A DNA stretch of 63,813 bases, the filler included, from Piptocephalis cylindrospora (taxonomy: Eukaryota), in the NCBI GenBank assembly GCA_003614145.1. It is 3 parts of 3 records of this genome, joined end to end, with 100 filler letters (N's around TTAATTAATTAA, not from the genome) between each part and the next. Parts side by side here need not be neighbours in the genome. Positions count along the whole stretch, not along the records: positions 43,200 to 63,813 come from KZ987814.1; 2 more parts are not named here. One strand, given 5' to 3'. Below, one piece after another: positions 48,428-60,948 of this stretch; within the stretch, counting starts at the first letter, position 1; every line of letters begins with the position of its first letter. The notes under the pieces are model-generated. The model made no database searches. It saw only the letters and a program-made list of their open reading frames with translations, and had not been told where the DNA came from. Made by a program: the position numbers and the translations under genes.

Positions 48428-50650
48428 TTAGTTCATCCAGCCCATCAAGCTAGCCGCATCCTTCCATCTAGTCTGGATATTGGCGGCGTTATCTTTGTTC
48501 AAGGGCAGCACCATATCGGCAGGTCGTCTCCGAAACTCTAGGACGGTGCTGTCTTTAGAGAGAACAGCACGGGTGGCGAAACTGATGGTGCCTCGGACGG
48601 GGAGGGGAGCTGGCAGAAGACTTGTGTCATTGAGGCGGAGAGCAATGAAGGCCAGATCGGTCATAGCAATACCTTCACCTCCTGGGAAGGTAGAAAAGGT
48701 ACCCTTGTTCCTTTGTTGATCGGAGAAGGCGGAGGCCAGGACGGTCTTGACGCCCCGATCAGCGAGCTGCTCGGCAAGATTGGCGCACGCGGACCCGCAG
48801 TATCCATTGCTAAAGACGATAAGATCAGAGGGGTCATTGGGAGTGGGGGCAGTAGCGAGCATCTGCTGAATTTTCCTCGCTGCATTTGAATTTTTCACAA
48901 GGCACTTGGAGGCGCCAGGAAGGGTATAGCTGACCGAAGGGTTACCCTGAGGTCCGGAGGGGGTACTGGGAAGGTGCATTCCAGGATTGATCCATGAGCT
49001 GGACTCGGTAAAGGACTTGTTGGTTCTGGGGTCACCATACCGATTAGGAGAATAGAGACTGACAAGGTTCTTGGCGGCTAAACTATCATGAAATTTCTTC
49101 ACAAGGGGAGAAATGCGTATAGTAGAATAATTGTCATTCCAGAGAGAGGGAAAGGCCTGATTCTTCCGGGCGGAGCGGAGAAGAAGGGGAAGGAAGGTCT
49201 GAGAAGTGCAAATGTAACCACCGGCATTGTTGGATAGATCTACCACCCACTTTCGGACGCCGGCGGCACGAAAGCTCTCAGCACCCTCCACAAAAGCCTT
49301 GGCCCACTCCAGATCAATACGGCTCATTTTAGTGATTTGGATGACGCCAATTCCTCCTTTAAGAATAGTGAAGGCCATATCGTAGGCAGTGACTTTGGTC
49401 TTGCCAAAGATATCATTCAAATCGTCGGATGTGGCGGCGGATGTGGGAGCAATGTTGGCGCCCAATGTTGTGCCTTTAGCCTTTGAGGCTGAGTCGTGGT
49501 GGTTGAACCTTTCCATGATGGAGGTGAGGTCCTTGGCGGGAATGGGGGGAAGGGCGTTTTTTTCGTAAATGCCGCTACTAACTGCGGCCTCATCGTAAAA
49601 CCACTCCCTTTGGATATCGGAGGCCTGGTCCTTGTTATTGGAGCTGGTGCTCAAGGAGTCGTAATTAGAGGGAGCGCAATAAGCTTCCCAGTACTTGTTG
49701 GTGGAGGTGATGTTCAAGGAGGCAGGATCACTGATGGAAGAGTCGGCTAATCTGACGGACCAAGGGGCATGGATGGTCTGAGGAGGGGGCTGTTCACCTC
49801 CGGCGCCGTTTGCAGCATAGCGACGAAGGTAGGCTGGGAGCTGCTTGTTGGTTCCGTCTACGGCTTCGTAGAAGGCGGTGATGTTGGGCCGGAGTACATA
49901 CTGGATTTCCTTGGTATCGGGCAGGGAGCTACGGTCAGCCCACCTTCCATAAACGAGACCGGGGGAGGACTGACCAAACTCCTGGATGGAGTAGCCCATA
50001 GCCATAGTTAGACGGGTAATGGGGTCCTTGGAGGCACCAATGTACTTGTTGGCAAAATCAGTAAAATACTCGAGGGCAGGGACACCTTGGATGGAGATGA
50101 TCTCGGCACCGGTCATGGCGGTCATATTTTTGAAGCTATTGGAAACGGCACCGACCGTGAAACGTGGGCGACCCCCTTCCCACGTGGCGATGGGCATGAA
50201 GGGTTGGGTAAACCTGAAAGTGGAGTAACACTTAGGGATATAGCTCAGATGGCCGTCCATACCGGGGACAAGGGAGTTGCGCACGGCGGTCTGGAAATCA
50301 AAGTCGGTGGGAAAGGTCTTAGTGGCGGGACGGAGGGCGTTAAGGGCGGCGACGATGTCGTAAGGAGCAACAAAGGAGCTATCGGGGGGATTGGCGTTCA
50401 GGGAAGCAAATACGTTGCCGGACATGTAGGAGGAGACGGACTCGATGGTCTTTTCAGCGATATCTTGATCATACGGGAAAGAGCGGTAACAATCACGGGC
50501 ATCGTCAAAGTTGATCTTGGATCCGGATAAAGCTTTAACGCAAGCAGAAGAGTCACTAGGCTGAGGATTGGAGTTCTTGTTGAGCTTGGGGACCTGCCCA
50601 GCAACCAAAAAGGGAGCGGTGAGAAGAATGAGGGCAGTGGGAAGGAGCAT
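48428..50650 (-). CDS. Secreted peptidase S41-family (tail-specific protease-like) protein
   Basis: Signal peptide MLLPTALILLTAPFLVAG; DGHLSY; VVDLSNNAGGY; SNGYCGSACA catalytic-Ser motif of fungal S41 proteins. Confidence 0.85.
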   Translation of the reverse strand: MLLPTALILLTAPFLVAGQVPKLNKNSNPQPSDSSACVKALSGSKINFDDARDCYRSFPYDQDIAEKTIESVSSYMSGNVFASLNANPPDSSFVAPYDIVAALNALRPATKTFPTDFDFQTAVRNSLVPGMDGHLSYIPKCYSTFRFTQPFMPIATWEGGRPRFTVGAVSNSFKNMTAMTGAEIISIQGVPALEYFTDFANKYIGASKDPITRLTMAMGYSIQEFGQSSPGLVYGRWADRSSLPDTKEIQYVLRPNITAFYEAVDGTNKQLPAYLRRYAANGAGGEQPPPQTIHAPWSVRLADSSISDPASLNITSTNKYWEAYCAPSNYDSLSTSSNNKDQASDIQREWFYDEAAVSSGIYEKNALPPIPAKDLTSIMERFNHHDSASKAKGTTLGANIAPTSAATSDDLNDIFGKTKVTAYDMAFTILKGGIGVIQITKMSRIDLEWAKAFVEGAESFRAAGVRKWVVDLSNNAGGYICTSQTFLPLLLRSARKNQAFPSLWNDNYSTIRISPLVKKFHDSLAAKNLVSLYSPNRYGDPRTNKSFTESSSWINPGMHLPSTPSGPQGNPSVSYTLPGASKCLVKNSNAARKIQQMLATAPTPNDPSDLIVFSNGYCGSACANLAEQLADRGVKTVLASAFSDQQRNKGTFSTFPGGEGIAMTDLAFIALRLNDTSLLPAPLPVRGTISFATRAVLSKDSTVLEFRRRPADMVLPLNKDNAANIQTRWKDAASLMGWMN

Positions 50651-51502
50651 ATGGGGAATGGGGAGTGGAGAAGAGGGTGAGAGGATGACTGAATCTAGCA
50701 AAGACAAGAACCGTCAAGGCGCCTTGATTTGCTAGGAATTTTGGGGGAGAGGGAGAGGGAGGGGAGAGGCAGAAGAGTCGGGCTGAGTGTTGACAAGCAG
50801 GATGAGAGGCGGTGGATGAGATGCGGAACAGGGTGGGACAAGGAAATGAGATGAGGGCCGGGCAGATGATGAGAGACGACCGTTTAGAAGGAAGAAGGGG
50901 GAGGGGAGGGGAGAGGGGAAGGCGGATGAGGAGAAGAATGGCAAAGAAAGAGGAAGAGAGAAAGGCGGGAGAAGGAAGGTGCAGGAGCCCTTTAATCATG
51001 GCTTAAGCCAAGCTGGAAATCAGCCTTTGAGCGGAATAGGCGGGACAGGATGGAATGGGAAGGTGGGGTTTGTACTGGATAGAGAGATCGCATGTCAAGG
51101 ATAGCGGAGTAAACATGTTTGACGGAGTATGTAGTTGAAGGTCCGAAATGCGGAGATTGGTCAGAGCCAGGAGCTGGCTTGCTTTCTGGTAGACCCTGCC
51201 AGAGCAGGGACTGGGATGGAACGACACTATAACCGTGGCGGGCTTTAAAAAATAAAACTTTTACACCAAATTTATTTTTGAGGCTTTTTTGTGTACACAT
51301 AGACTGAAAGTAAAATATAGCAAAAAAAGAAGCCACATATTAATTTTCTGTGGACAAGGAAGATATTTCCTAGGTACTGCCACCGCCACCGCCAAAATCC
51401 TCTTGAGACTTAGATCTATCGCCACCCGGGTATTCACGGCACTTGCTCTAATCCTATCCTGTGCTTCTTTCTTTCTCCCTGCTCATTGGCATTGACCCTA
51501 CG

Positions 51503-52656
51503 ATGACGCTTCTTCGTACGCTAGCTGGTCTTGGCCATACTTTTGGTGGTCTCTCCCTCAGAACAACCCGTACCCCAGCCCTAATGGGTATGGCGGCTGG
51601 GAAGAGGTACGCGTCCCTTTCCCCATTGGAGCCTTCGGGGAACCCGTCGCCATTGCCTCCGCTTCCCCCTCGACCAAAGTCGCCTGCGTATTTTACTGGA
51701 GATCCTGAGTACCATGATCTGATTTCCTCTCTGGATTCTCTTCTTGCCCGGCCTCTTCCTGATGCCCTGGTGAATGCTCGGTCGACCGGGTTGGTGACCT
51801 CGGCGGACAAGACGATCTCGACGGAGGAGATATCCGAGGAGGGTTCTGGGAAGACCGAATGGTACGGGGTGGTGTCCCGATCGAGGATGGAGAATATCAT
51901 TGGATTTCCTCCCTCGACCCTGCAATATCGAACGATTGGGCGGAAGGTGCAGGCGGTGTTCCGTAGCCGGCAGTACCGGTGGGATACTGAGGTACGCACG
52001 ATCCTCCAGCCATTCCTTCGACCCAAGCCGATGAATACAAAGGTGGGTAAGGACGTGGGCCTGGAGGAAGGGGGAGTGGCGGCGGCCTTTGGCTGGAGAA
52101 AATCGGCCAAGGCCAAGGTGTGGCTGGTACCAGCGCGGGAGGATGGCAAGGGTGAGGTCCGAGTTAACGGCCTTCCCCTGGGCTCCTGGGTGCGGGAGGA
52201 GACGCAGCGGGAGAGCGTAATCCGTGGCCTCGTAGTAGGAGACCGTGTGGGTCGATACAACGCATGGTGCACGGTCTCGGGTGGAGGGATGACTGGGCAG
52301 GTAGAGGCAGTCCGCCTAGCATTGGCTCGGGCCTTGACGACCCAGGAGTATGATCTCAAGGCGACTTTGAGGAAGGGTAAGTAGGGGGGGAAGGGAAGAA
52401 ATGATTCATGGGAGGGGATAAGACGACTCATATGACTCTCTTTGACATATGTAATCACATCTAGCTGGCTTGATCAGTCATGACTGGAGGACAGTAGAAA
52501 GGAAGAAGCCTGGACAGCCCAAGGCGAGAAAGAAGTTTACCTGGTAGGTTATATGTCATCTCCACTGGGACGGGTTCGGGGCGGTGGCGGCTGGTTTTTA
52601 CTTATACGGTATCTGCATATTGCCTGTGCATGTGTTTTTTTAGGGTCAAGCGGTAG
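51503..52656 (+). CDS. MRPS9: Mitochondrial ribosomal protein uS9m, 3 exons
   Basis: Targeting peptide; [37 protein letters not shown]; spliced tail [20 protein letters not shown]. Confidence 0.93.
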
Positions 52657-52905
52657 AGCCTTGTGGTATATTGGGTATTGATTTTGGGATGGAGGTATAT
52701 GCACTTTCTCCCTCACTGGGTGAGTGAGGGGGGGAGGAGAAGTGGTGATGAACAGCGTGAATAGATGAGTCAATGGAGTAGTACTGAGATGAGTCATACT
52801 GGAGACCATGTCTTTATATGGATGATGAGTCAAAAAAGAAATTTATTCTCTAGATCATCAAGATATCACACTCCTCTCCATTCCTTTTACGTGGAACTAT
52901 CTAGC

Positions 52906-54594
52906 CTACTTGATCTCGGCTACCTGGTGAAGATAAGCGCCCATGAGCTTGATGCCCTGGATGAAATTTTTGCGATCGAGTTTCTCATTGATAGAGTGAG
53001 CGCCCTAAAGAAACGACACATGGAGTGAGTCGGAAGGAAAAGGAAGATGAGACGGTGCTGTTATCGTTCAATCAAGATGGTCTCCCATGATCCAATACGT
53101 ACATCATCGCAGGCTCCCATAGGTAGGAGTAAAACATTCTTCTGAAGGGCATCCTGGAAAGTCAGGGTAACGGGGATACTACCACCTTCCCTGGTCATGT
53201 CGGGATCGACACCGTAGACCTCCTTGACGGCCTTAGCGCCAGCCACTATGAGTCGAAGAGATGGGAAGGATGAGTATGGGCTGTGATGATGAGGGTGGTG
53301 GAGAAGAACCATCAACAAGGATGAAAAGTAACATACGGTAGTTCCAGTGATCGGGCGAGGACTTCCAGCTCCTGCCGTGGTGAAGACACTCTACTTCACA
53401 GGCGTTCTTACTGCCAAGTTTACGGAACTCGGCCTCAATATGCTCAGTGACAATACGGGTGATGCGCTCGGGGTCCTGATCGGGGACAGTGCGAATGGAG
53501 AACTTTCCCTGGACTTTGGAAGGAATGACAGTCTTTGCTCCGGGGGAGGAGAAGGCGCCCTCGATGCCATGAAGGGAAAGGGCAGGGTACCTCCAGCTAT
53601 AGGGATAAGAAGGGATGAAGCGGGTGGTGAGTAGGGATGTGTGTGTCCATGATGGGTATCCCAAGAAGACCTACCGATGCATAAGGGTGGCCTTCTCCGA
53701 AGAGTGGATGGTGGTGGCAGCCCCGACGGAATCATGGTAGTCGGAAAGGGAGAAGTCAAGGTTCTTGTAAGTTTCCTCCTCTTCCTTGGTCAAGGGAGCT
53801 ACATCGTCGAGGATACCGGGGACAAGGATGGTACCATCGGGGAGGACGAGACGGGACATGAGATGGATAAGGTCGGTCATGGGCTCGTGGATGGAGCCTC
53901 CATGGACACCCGAGTGAAGATCGGCGCCGGGGCCCTTGATGAGGATGCGAAAGTAGGAGACGCCGCGAAGTCCGTAGGTGAGACAGGGCTTGGACTTGCC
54001 GAGCCAGTAATTATCGGAGATGCAGATGGCATCGGTGCCCTTAAAATAGTTGTTAGCTTCTTGGAGGATGACCTTTTCCAGGCCTTCGGACCCACTTTCC
54101 TCCATGCCCTCCAGACAGAACTTGAGGTTGACTGGGACTTCGAGGCCAAGGGCCTGGTGGGCAGCGATGACACAGAGCCACCCGAGGACAGGGCCCTTGT
54201 CGTCGGTAGATCCACGACCAAAGAGCCTTCCAGAGTCATCTTCGGTGAGGACCCAAGGATCGGTAGCCCAGCCATCTTCGATGAGGGCGGGCTGGACATC
54301 ATAGTGACCGTAGAGGAGAATGGTCTTTTTGGCTGGGTCGTTCCCATAGGTGGCTAGGATGACCGGGGGAAGCTGGAGGGGTTGACCGTTCAGGAGCTGC
54401 TTCCCTGGGTCGACGCGCTTGGTGGAGGCCCCGAGCTTCTCCAGCTTGGCCTTGAACCACTCGCCCATGCGATTAACCTCTGGGCGGTAGGAGGCATCGG
54501 CGGAGACACTGGGAATAGCGACGATCTCCTTGAGTTGGGCGACGTAGTCGTTCTGGTGCTTATCAATGTATTCAAAGAGTTTAGTGGTGGACAT
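52906..54594 (-). CDS. DUG1: Cys-Gly metallodipeptidase (M20A; DUG1/CNDP2), multi-exon
   Basis: [69 protein letters not shown]. Confidence 0.95.
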
Positions 54595-56433
54595 TGTGGG
54601 ATGGAATGAGGAGGGTGATGAAGGAAGGAAGGAAGGAAGGAGAGGGAAGAAGCGTGGGCGTGGGGAAAATAGATGGACAGGGCAGGGGTTTTATATGGAG
54701 GCTTGGCCAAGGAGAGTGTGTGTTTCTTGGCCGTGGAAGGCCGAGATGTCGCGATATGCGGCACGTTTGTTCATGGCGCTGTTCGTGGGGAGAGGGAGTC
54801 GATTCAGGCTTACTTGGGCAGAGAGAGGGATTCTCAGCCGTTCTATTAGGCTGTGCTCCCCACTTTAGGTTTTAAATGTAATCACAATGCTAGGCTTGGT
54901 ATACTGATATTCCTCATTTTAAGTTTGCACGCGACCATCTCCGAAATGGATCACTTTTTAAAATATAATTCACATTTTTTCATCCTGTTCACCCAGCATG
55001 GATAAGTCCGTGAACCTCTCTCTCTCTAAGTCCGTGAATAGGGGGGATTTGTTCCAGGAAAGAGTATGCTTTCATCTTGTGATGGGGAGGGTGAACTTCT
55101 CTCCGTGCTTTGGAATGAGGACTTGGTGTGTCAGCACGCTGGCGTAAACACCTGTATCATCAGGCAATGATATTTCCATTTTACTCATCCTGGATGACGG
55201 GATGACGCGTACATCTGAAGGTTTCTCCGGTTCGTCTTGGAAATGAATGTTCTGTTTTGATTTCTCGTATGGCCTCTCCTTTAGCGTGTACTTTTCCAGG
55301 GTCATCTCGGGATACGGGGGCCTTCGGGAAAACTATGAGAGCGCTGTTCCTATACTCATGTCGCTTTAGGGGGTTCAGTGCCTTAATTAGTTCTGACTTG
55401 GCTTTTGCGCTGGCTGGCAGTTTAGCGGGGTCTTTGAGGAGCATACGACCTGCACATCCGTGCCTAGAATAATATTTCTCAATCATCAGATTTGAATGAG
55501 GTATTCAATTTTGTGCAGAGATTCTCTTTTTCCTATGAAAAGCACATTCGTACGCTCACCATCGCAAAAAACACCAGGCATATTCCCACTCCTCTTGAAA
55601 TAAGCCAGGCCTATTCCCCTACTGCCCAATGGCTTCCTCTCAATCACCCCACACACACTGCTGTATCATTCAATGACTAAGACGGGTCACGCTTCTCCAT
55701 ATCAAAGTGTGTGTGGCGAGTGAAAAAAGCGTGTCATTTTTGGGAAAGCCCTGGTACAATTGGTCCAATCCGTGTAAATACCCAAGGGAGCTCGGCAGTT
55801 TTTGGGACTGTGGGAACCACCCCAAATCTGACCCTTCCTTGACTCTTCTGATGTAGCTTCGCACCCTCTTTTCCCCGTCGAAAAAAAGGAGAGGGAAGGT
55901 TGGCAGAGTGGGGTTTAAAACGACCAGTTCATGCCCGCTCATACACGATTGGTAAGAAGGACGGAAAAGGAAAATGGGTATGGAAGGGTTCGGCAGGAGG
56001 GGAGAGGGAAACGGTTAAACCCAGCCTGGGAAGCGGGAAGACGCTGAGATTTTGAGAGGAGGAAGCGTACGTGTATGTGCTGACGAGGGAGATGGGCTTT
56101 ATGCATCCGTTCCCTTCCCAGTTGGGGATAATTGATGTGGTTGTTCTTTGTATTCTTCGGGTCCAAGTCCGGTATCATTTCAATAGAATAAAGACTAGGT
56201 AGACAACTAGGGGAGTTCCGCGCCTCTCCTCTTTCTCCCATATCCCCCTTGTCTCCCTTTTCCTCCTTCACTTGACCGTATCTTTCCCTCTCCCCTTCCC
56301 TCTCCTCTCCATTGGCCTTTATAGATTGCGTACCGTTGCACCCTCCTTATCTGTCTTGCTCTTTCCTCGGGCATTTCCCTTACCACCACGCCACCACCTT
56401 TATCCCCCCATTTTTTCCTTGCTTGATCCATCT

Positions 56434-57579
56434 ATGGGCGTACAATCATCTAAACCTGGAGGACGTCGTTCCTCGCGAAAATCGGCTATGTCCGATCCCT
56501 CACCCGCCCCCACCATCCTCTCCGCTACTTCCTCTACCTCCTCGTCAGGCAGGCGGAAAAAACTGACTGAGCGATTACTTCGGATGACACGAAGCGACGG
56601 TTCCATGGATCAGACCCACTCTTCTTCCTCCTCCTCCTGGGGCTGGGCTTCCATCCTTTCCCCACGCCCCTCTAATCAGGATTGCTCCGAACCCCACTCC
56701 GTCTCACACAGCCACCGACGAGGTGGGAATTCCATAGCAGCACGGGAGAATTACCAAGTTCCCGATCTGGAGTTGGAGGTGGAGAGGATAGGCCATCTAC
56801 AGGATATTATCACGTATTCGCAGCGTCGACTCTACCGATCCCCGGTCACTCGCCCTAGCCGGGTCCTGGAGGTACGATCAGTGTCGACCAAGTGGATGGC
56901 CGAGATGGCCAGGGCCTTCCCGGAATCCGAGGTGCATGGACTGACCGGGAGTGAATTGCCCTTCCCAGTCACCTCACCCCTCCCACCCAACGCTCAACTG
57001 CATCACAAGACTATCCTCCCAGGCCAACCGCACTTCCCTCCCAGGTACTTTGATCTCATCCACACCCTATGCTCCCTTCGCTACTTACCCAGGGAGCGGG
57101 TCCCAGGGGTCTTGTCGGACATGTACCAGCATACCGTCCCCGGGGGCTGGGTGGAGATTTGGGAGCACATGAATGAGCTGCACCAACCTGGGCCCACGGC
57201 CATTATCTTGGCCAACCTGCTCAAGGAGTACGTGGCCGCTAAGGGCGGGGGTATCTCCCTAGCCTCTTCCATGGACGTGAGCTTGAAGGATGCCGGATTT
57301 ACCCAAGTCCAGCTGACAACCATCCACCTTCCCTTGGGGGAGTGGGGTGGGACACGGGGGGCCATCCTAGCAGAGGCTGTCGTCAGTACTCTGCGGAATA
57401 TTGCCGATTCCCTGATCTTAGTGGAGAGGAAAGCCGAGGAGGGGGAGACCTTCCACCAGCTCATCTCGCAGTGGGAGGATGAGTTTGACACGTACCAATC
57501 CTCCCTGATCATGTACACGGCCATTGGGCAGCGACCTACCGAGGCCGCAGGTCGGTCCAAGCGACGGACCATGTCCTAG
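56434..57579 (+). CDS. LaeA-like/Methyltransf_23 SAM-dependent methyltransferase-fold protein with atypical motif I
   Basis: MGVQSS N-terminus; Y..P...E.ER; RVLEV...W..EMA..FP.S.V.G; FDLIH; PGGWVEIWE; L.DAGF..V; PLG.WGG. Confidence 0.8.
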   Translation: MGVQSSKPGGRRSSRKSAMSDPSPAPTILSATSSTSSSGRRKKLTERLLRMTRSDGSMDQTHSSSSSSWGWASILSPRPSNQDCSEPHSVSHSHRRGGNSIAARENYQVPDLELEVERIGHLQDIITYSQRRLYRSPVTRPSRVLEVRSVSTKWMAEMARAFPESEVHGLTGSELPFPVTSPLPPNAQLHHKTILPGQPHFPPRYFDLIHTLCSLRYLPRERVPGVLSDMYQHTVPGGWVEIWEHMNELHQPGPTAIILANLLKEYVAAKGGGISLASSMDVSLKDAGFTQVQLTTIHLPLGEWGGTRGAILAEAVVSTLRNIADSLILVERKAEEGETFHQLISQWEDEFDTYQSSLIMYTAIGQRPTEAAGRSKRRTMS

Positions 57580-58000
57580 TAGTAGTACTTGCTATAGTTG
57601 TTCTGGCGATGTGAGTGTAGGGTGAATTCTCTATTCTTCATGTAATGTATCATTCAGACTGGATAGCACATCCAAACGTCTTTTTCTCCATTCTCTTCTC
57701 TTCCCTTTACACTTGGTATGGTTTTTTAAAGCGTGTTGCTAGCATAATTATGTCGGGGGAATGAGAAGGAGGATAATTTGGCTTGGGCGGATCCAAACCC
57801 AAAGGTCCTTGCATCGATTGAGGAGGTTGGGGGGGAAGGGGATGAAATTGCAAGGGGGGGATAGGAGAGGAGGATAGCCCACATCTACCGCACAAGTCAA
57901 CAAGAACGCGACCTGAATGTAGTATGCCCGGGACACACACTCGTCTTTCTCCTCCTTTCCCCCCCCACACCCCTCTCCTATCTATACGAGTCGAAGCACC

Positions 58001-58567
58001 ATGCCGCCACCAAAGTCCTCTTCCCAAGCGCACAAGAACCTATCGTACGTGGGGAAACGACCGGCTTTTCTGGAGGCCATGTACGCGCAGGTCCCCCGAT
58101 CCCATGCCCTAGAGGATAAGTTTGGGGAGGACGTGGGCAGTCAGGAGGAGGGGGAGGGGAAGACCCGATTGTTGAAGGATGCAGAGGGGGAAGAGGAGGA
58201 AGGGGAAGATGCGCCCCAGATCGTTGTGATCAAAGAGGGAAGGCATCTGAGCGCGGATGAAGTGAGACGGGAAAGGGCAGGATCCCCTTCTGGAGACAAG
58301 GAAAAGCAGGAAGGGACAGCGTCCCTCTCTATAGACAGGATGAAGGTGGCCCCGGATCAAGTCAAGAGAAAGGGGGAAGCCTTGGATCAACAAGGACGAG
58401 TTCTCTTTCGTCCACGGTCATCCAACGCCACCACCTCCCAGGAGAAGGCCACAACATTCACGGGGAAAAAGCGAACCGCCCAAAAGACTCTAGCATCCAA
58501 GAAGACCTCCAAGAGGGCCAAAGCAACCTCTGTCCTTTCTTTTGCCGACGATGAGGCGTGTGAGTGA
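58001..58567 (+). CDS. DUF4604 (KIAA1143-like) protein
   Basis: NLSYVGKRPAFL N-terminus, EDAPQIVVIKEGRHLS, C-terminal LSFADDE. Confidence 0.8.
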   Translation: MPPPKSSSQAHKNLSYVGKRPAFLEAMYAQVPRSHALEDKFGEDVGSQEEGEGKTRLLKDAEGEEEEGEDAPQIVVIKEGRHLSADEVRRERAGSPSGDKEKQEGTASLSIDRMKVAPDQVKRKGEALDQQGRVLFRPRSSNATTSQEKATTFTGKKRTAQKTLASKKTSKRAKATSVLSFADDEACE

Positions 58568-59471
58568 CGGACAGCTAGAGATGCCCCCCTCCCCTTTCAT
58601 ATACCTTGTATATCATGCCAATGTGCTCTCTCAGGGTGGTCATTATTCCATCATCCTGTTGTTGGATGTGCCTTCTGGGACGGAGATGAGAGAGAGATGG
58701 CGATGGAGAGAGGAGGTCCGAGGGACCCCCGATATATGCATGGGCAGGAGCTCTCTCGTCTTTCGGAAGGCGGATGATCGCGAGTCTATCTTTCCCATGA
58801 TCCTTGGGCGCGCATCACGTCTTGATATGGGAGAGATCAATCTCTCGAAAAAGCCTTGACCCGTCGGCTCGCGGTGGTGGTCAAAGGCATCAATAATCAG
58901 CAGTATCGCTGGTATTGTGACGGAAAAAGGAATCGCGCTTAAGAATGCCCCTCCTCCCCTCATCCTCTGCACTTGATATCTGCTGGATGAGTCTCACTTG
59001 TGCTCTCTCGGTCTCTGCATGTCATCCAGTCAGCTTGGCCCCATGAGTGATGGTCACACGCTGGAGCAGCATATGTGTGTGTGTGTGTGTGTGTGTGGGG
59101 AGGAGACTTGGACTGACTAGACGCGTCCTCGCCGCCCTGCAGAGGCCCCGTGTGTGCGCGTGTGTGTACTGAGGTCATCCTTTGGTCAAAGGGCCTTCCT
59201 TCCTCTCTCTCTCTCTCTAGAGATGTGAGACTTGCTTTGAGTGCGTGTGTCTTCCCCATCAGACTTGACGCCGTCAGCGTGCATGTCTGGGCCTCTTTCT
59301 TCCGAGACGTGTGATAGATGGGATCGACAGACCTTGTCTAGCATTAGTATAATGATGGTAGTCCTTGGATGTCTTGTGTCTTTCCCTAAGAAAGAAAGGA
59401 TCAATCATCTCTCTTTCTCTCTCTCTCTCTCTTCCTTTCCACATCCCTCCCCTCTCTCTTCCCCCCTTGCA

Positions 59472-60751
59472 ATGTCATCCCCTTCCCCTTCAACTTCCTC
59501 CATTAGTGGACAGTCTGTGGACCTTCCACCCCCCTCCTCTAACCACGCCGGCCTCACCGCCTCCCACAGTAACTGGGCCTCCATCAAAGCTGAAACTCTG
59601 ATCCGAGGTCAGGTCCTAGTTGAGCTCGATGCGCGCACCCATCTGCATGAGGCATGCAAACGTCTCATGGACGCCGGTGTCTCTTCGGTCCCCGTCTTTG
59701 ACCCAGACACCAAAACTTACGTGGGCATGTTTGATTATGCCGATTTCCTCACCTACTTTCTCATTGTCCTTCATCGCACCAGCCTTCTAAGCTCGGAGGA
59801 GGCTCAGAATCTCAATGACGATGATCAGCTGGCCAAGGCCGTGGGACAAGCGGCTGCCCAGCAGGATATGCCCGTCCGTAACGTCTCGGATATATCCCAC
59901 CGAAATCCATTCTACTCCTGTATCCCTCAGACAACCCTGGGTCAGGTGGTCGACATCCTTTCCAAGGGCATTCACCGTCTGGTCATCATGGATGATGGCG
60001 TCAAGGCCCGGGGTATTCTTTCTCAGCTGACTGTGGTCAAGTACTTTACCGAGCATGTAAGCCTCTCTTTCTCTCTCTCTGAAGAAAGCGCGGATCTTTT
60101 CAGAATGCGTGACATACACAGAACAGCATGATTCATCCCCTTCTCGTCTCGTCCCCATAGATCTTCCAACTCCCTTCCTTGGAGGGCATTGTCAGTCAAA
60201 GCCTGGAGGAACTTCATCTAGGGATCGACAAGAAGGTTGTGACCATCTCCATTGAAAAACTGGTCCTTGAGGCCCTGACCACTATGAGCTCCAACGATGT
60301 CTATTCCCTTGCTGTGGTGGATAAAGAGGGCCGGCTTGCTGGGAACTTTTCCCTTAGTGATGTCAAGGTAATTTTACTTTTGAGCTATCATTGGAAGGTT
60401 GTCGCATTCCATCTTATCATCTCATACAATTATATCCCCATCTTATCCCATCCCCTGTCTCACTCGATCTAGCACTTGATGAAGACGGATCGTCGTAGAT
60501 TGCTCAACACCACCCTTCGGGACTTCATCTCCAGGGTCAAGCTGGAGCAGGGCATAGAGGCGGGTCAGGACACCGTCTTGGTCTTCCAAGTCCATGCCAA
60601 ACACACCCTTCGATTGGTCATGGCCAAGATTGTTGCTACAAAGGCCCATCGCATGTGGGTTACCGATGAGTCCGGCCAGGTCATTGGAGTCGTAACCCTG
60701 ACCGATATTCTTCGGGTCATCTCTGACGATCAAGCCAAACGAGAGGGTTGA
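59472..60751 (+). CDS. SDS23: CBS-domain protein SDS23/SDS24-like, 3 exons
   Basis: SSVPVFD..GMFDYAD; GIHRLV; GILSQ; GNFSLSDVK; AKIVATKAHRMWV; introns 60057-60159 and 60368-60472. Confidence 0.88.
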
Positions 60752-60948
60752 TCTGTGCGCGTGTGCGTCCTGCTTGGATGAGAGAGAGGGGGAGAGGGAG
60801 GAAAGAGAGGGGAATATGCTGATTTGATTTTTCTTTCAACGAACGACATTTTTTCTACCTGGATTGACTCATCTGAGATTATACTTTCACAAGAGCCCCC
60901 CCTTTTGCGCCTAGACCACTCCATGTCATACTCTCAGTCACAACGCTC

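Noticed and set aside
51454..52458. Long antisense ORF (334 aa) and similar ones opposite DUG1, PAN2 and ACO2
   Set aside because: Shadow frames of GC-rich conserved genes with no recognisable motifs.
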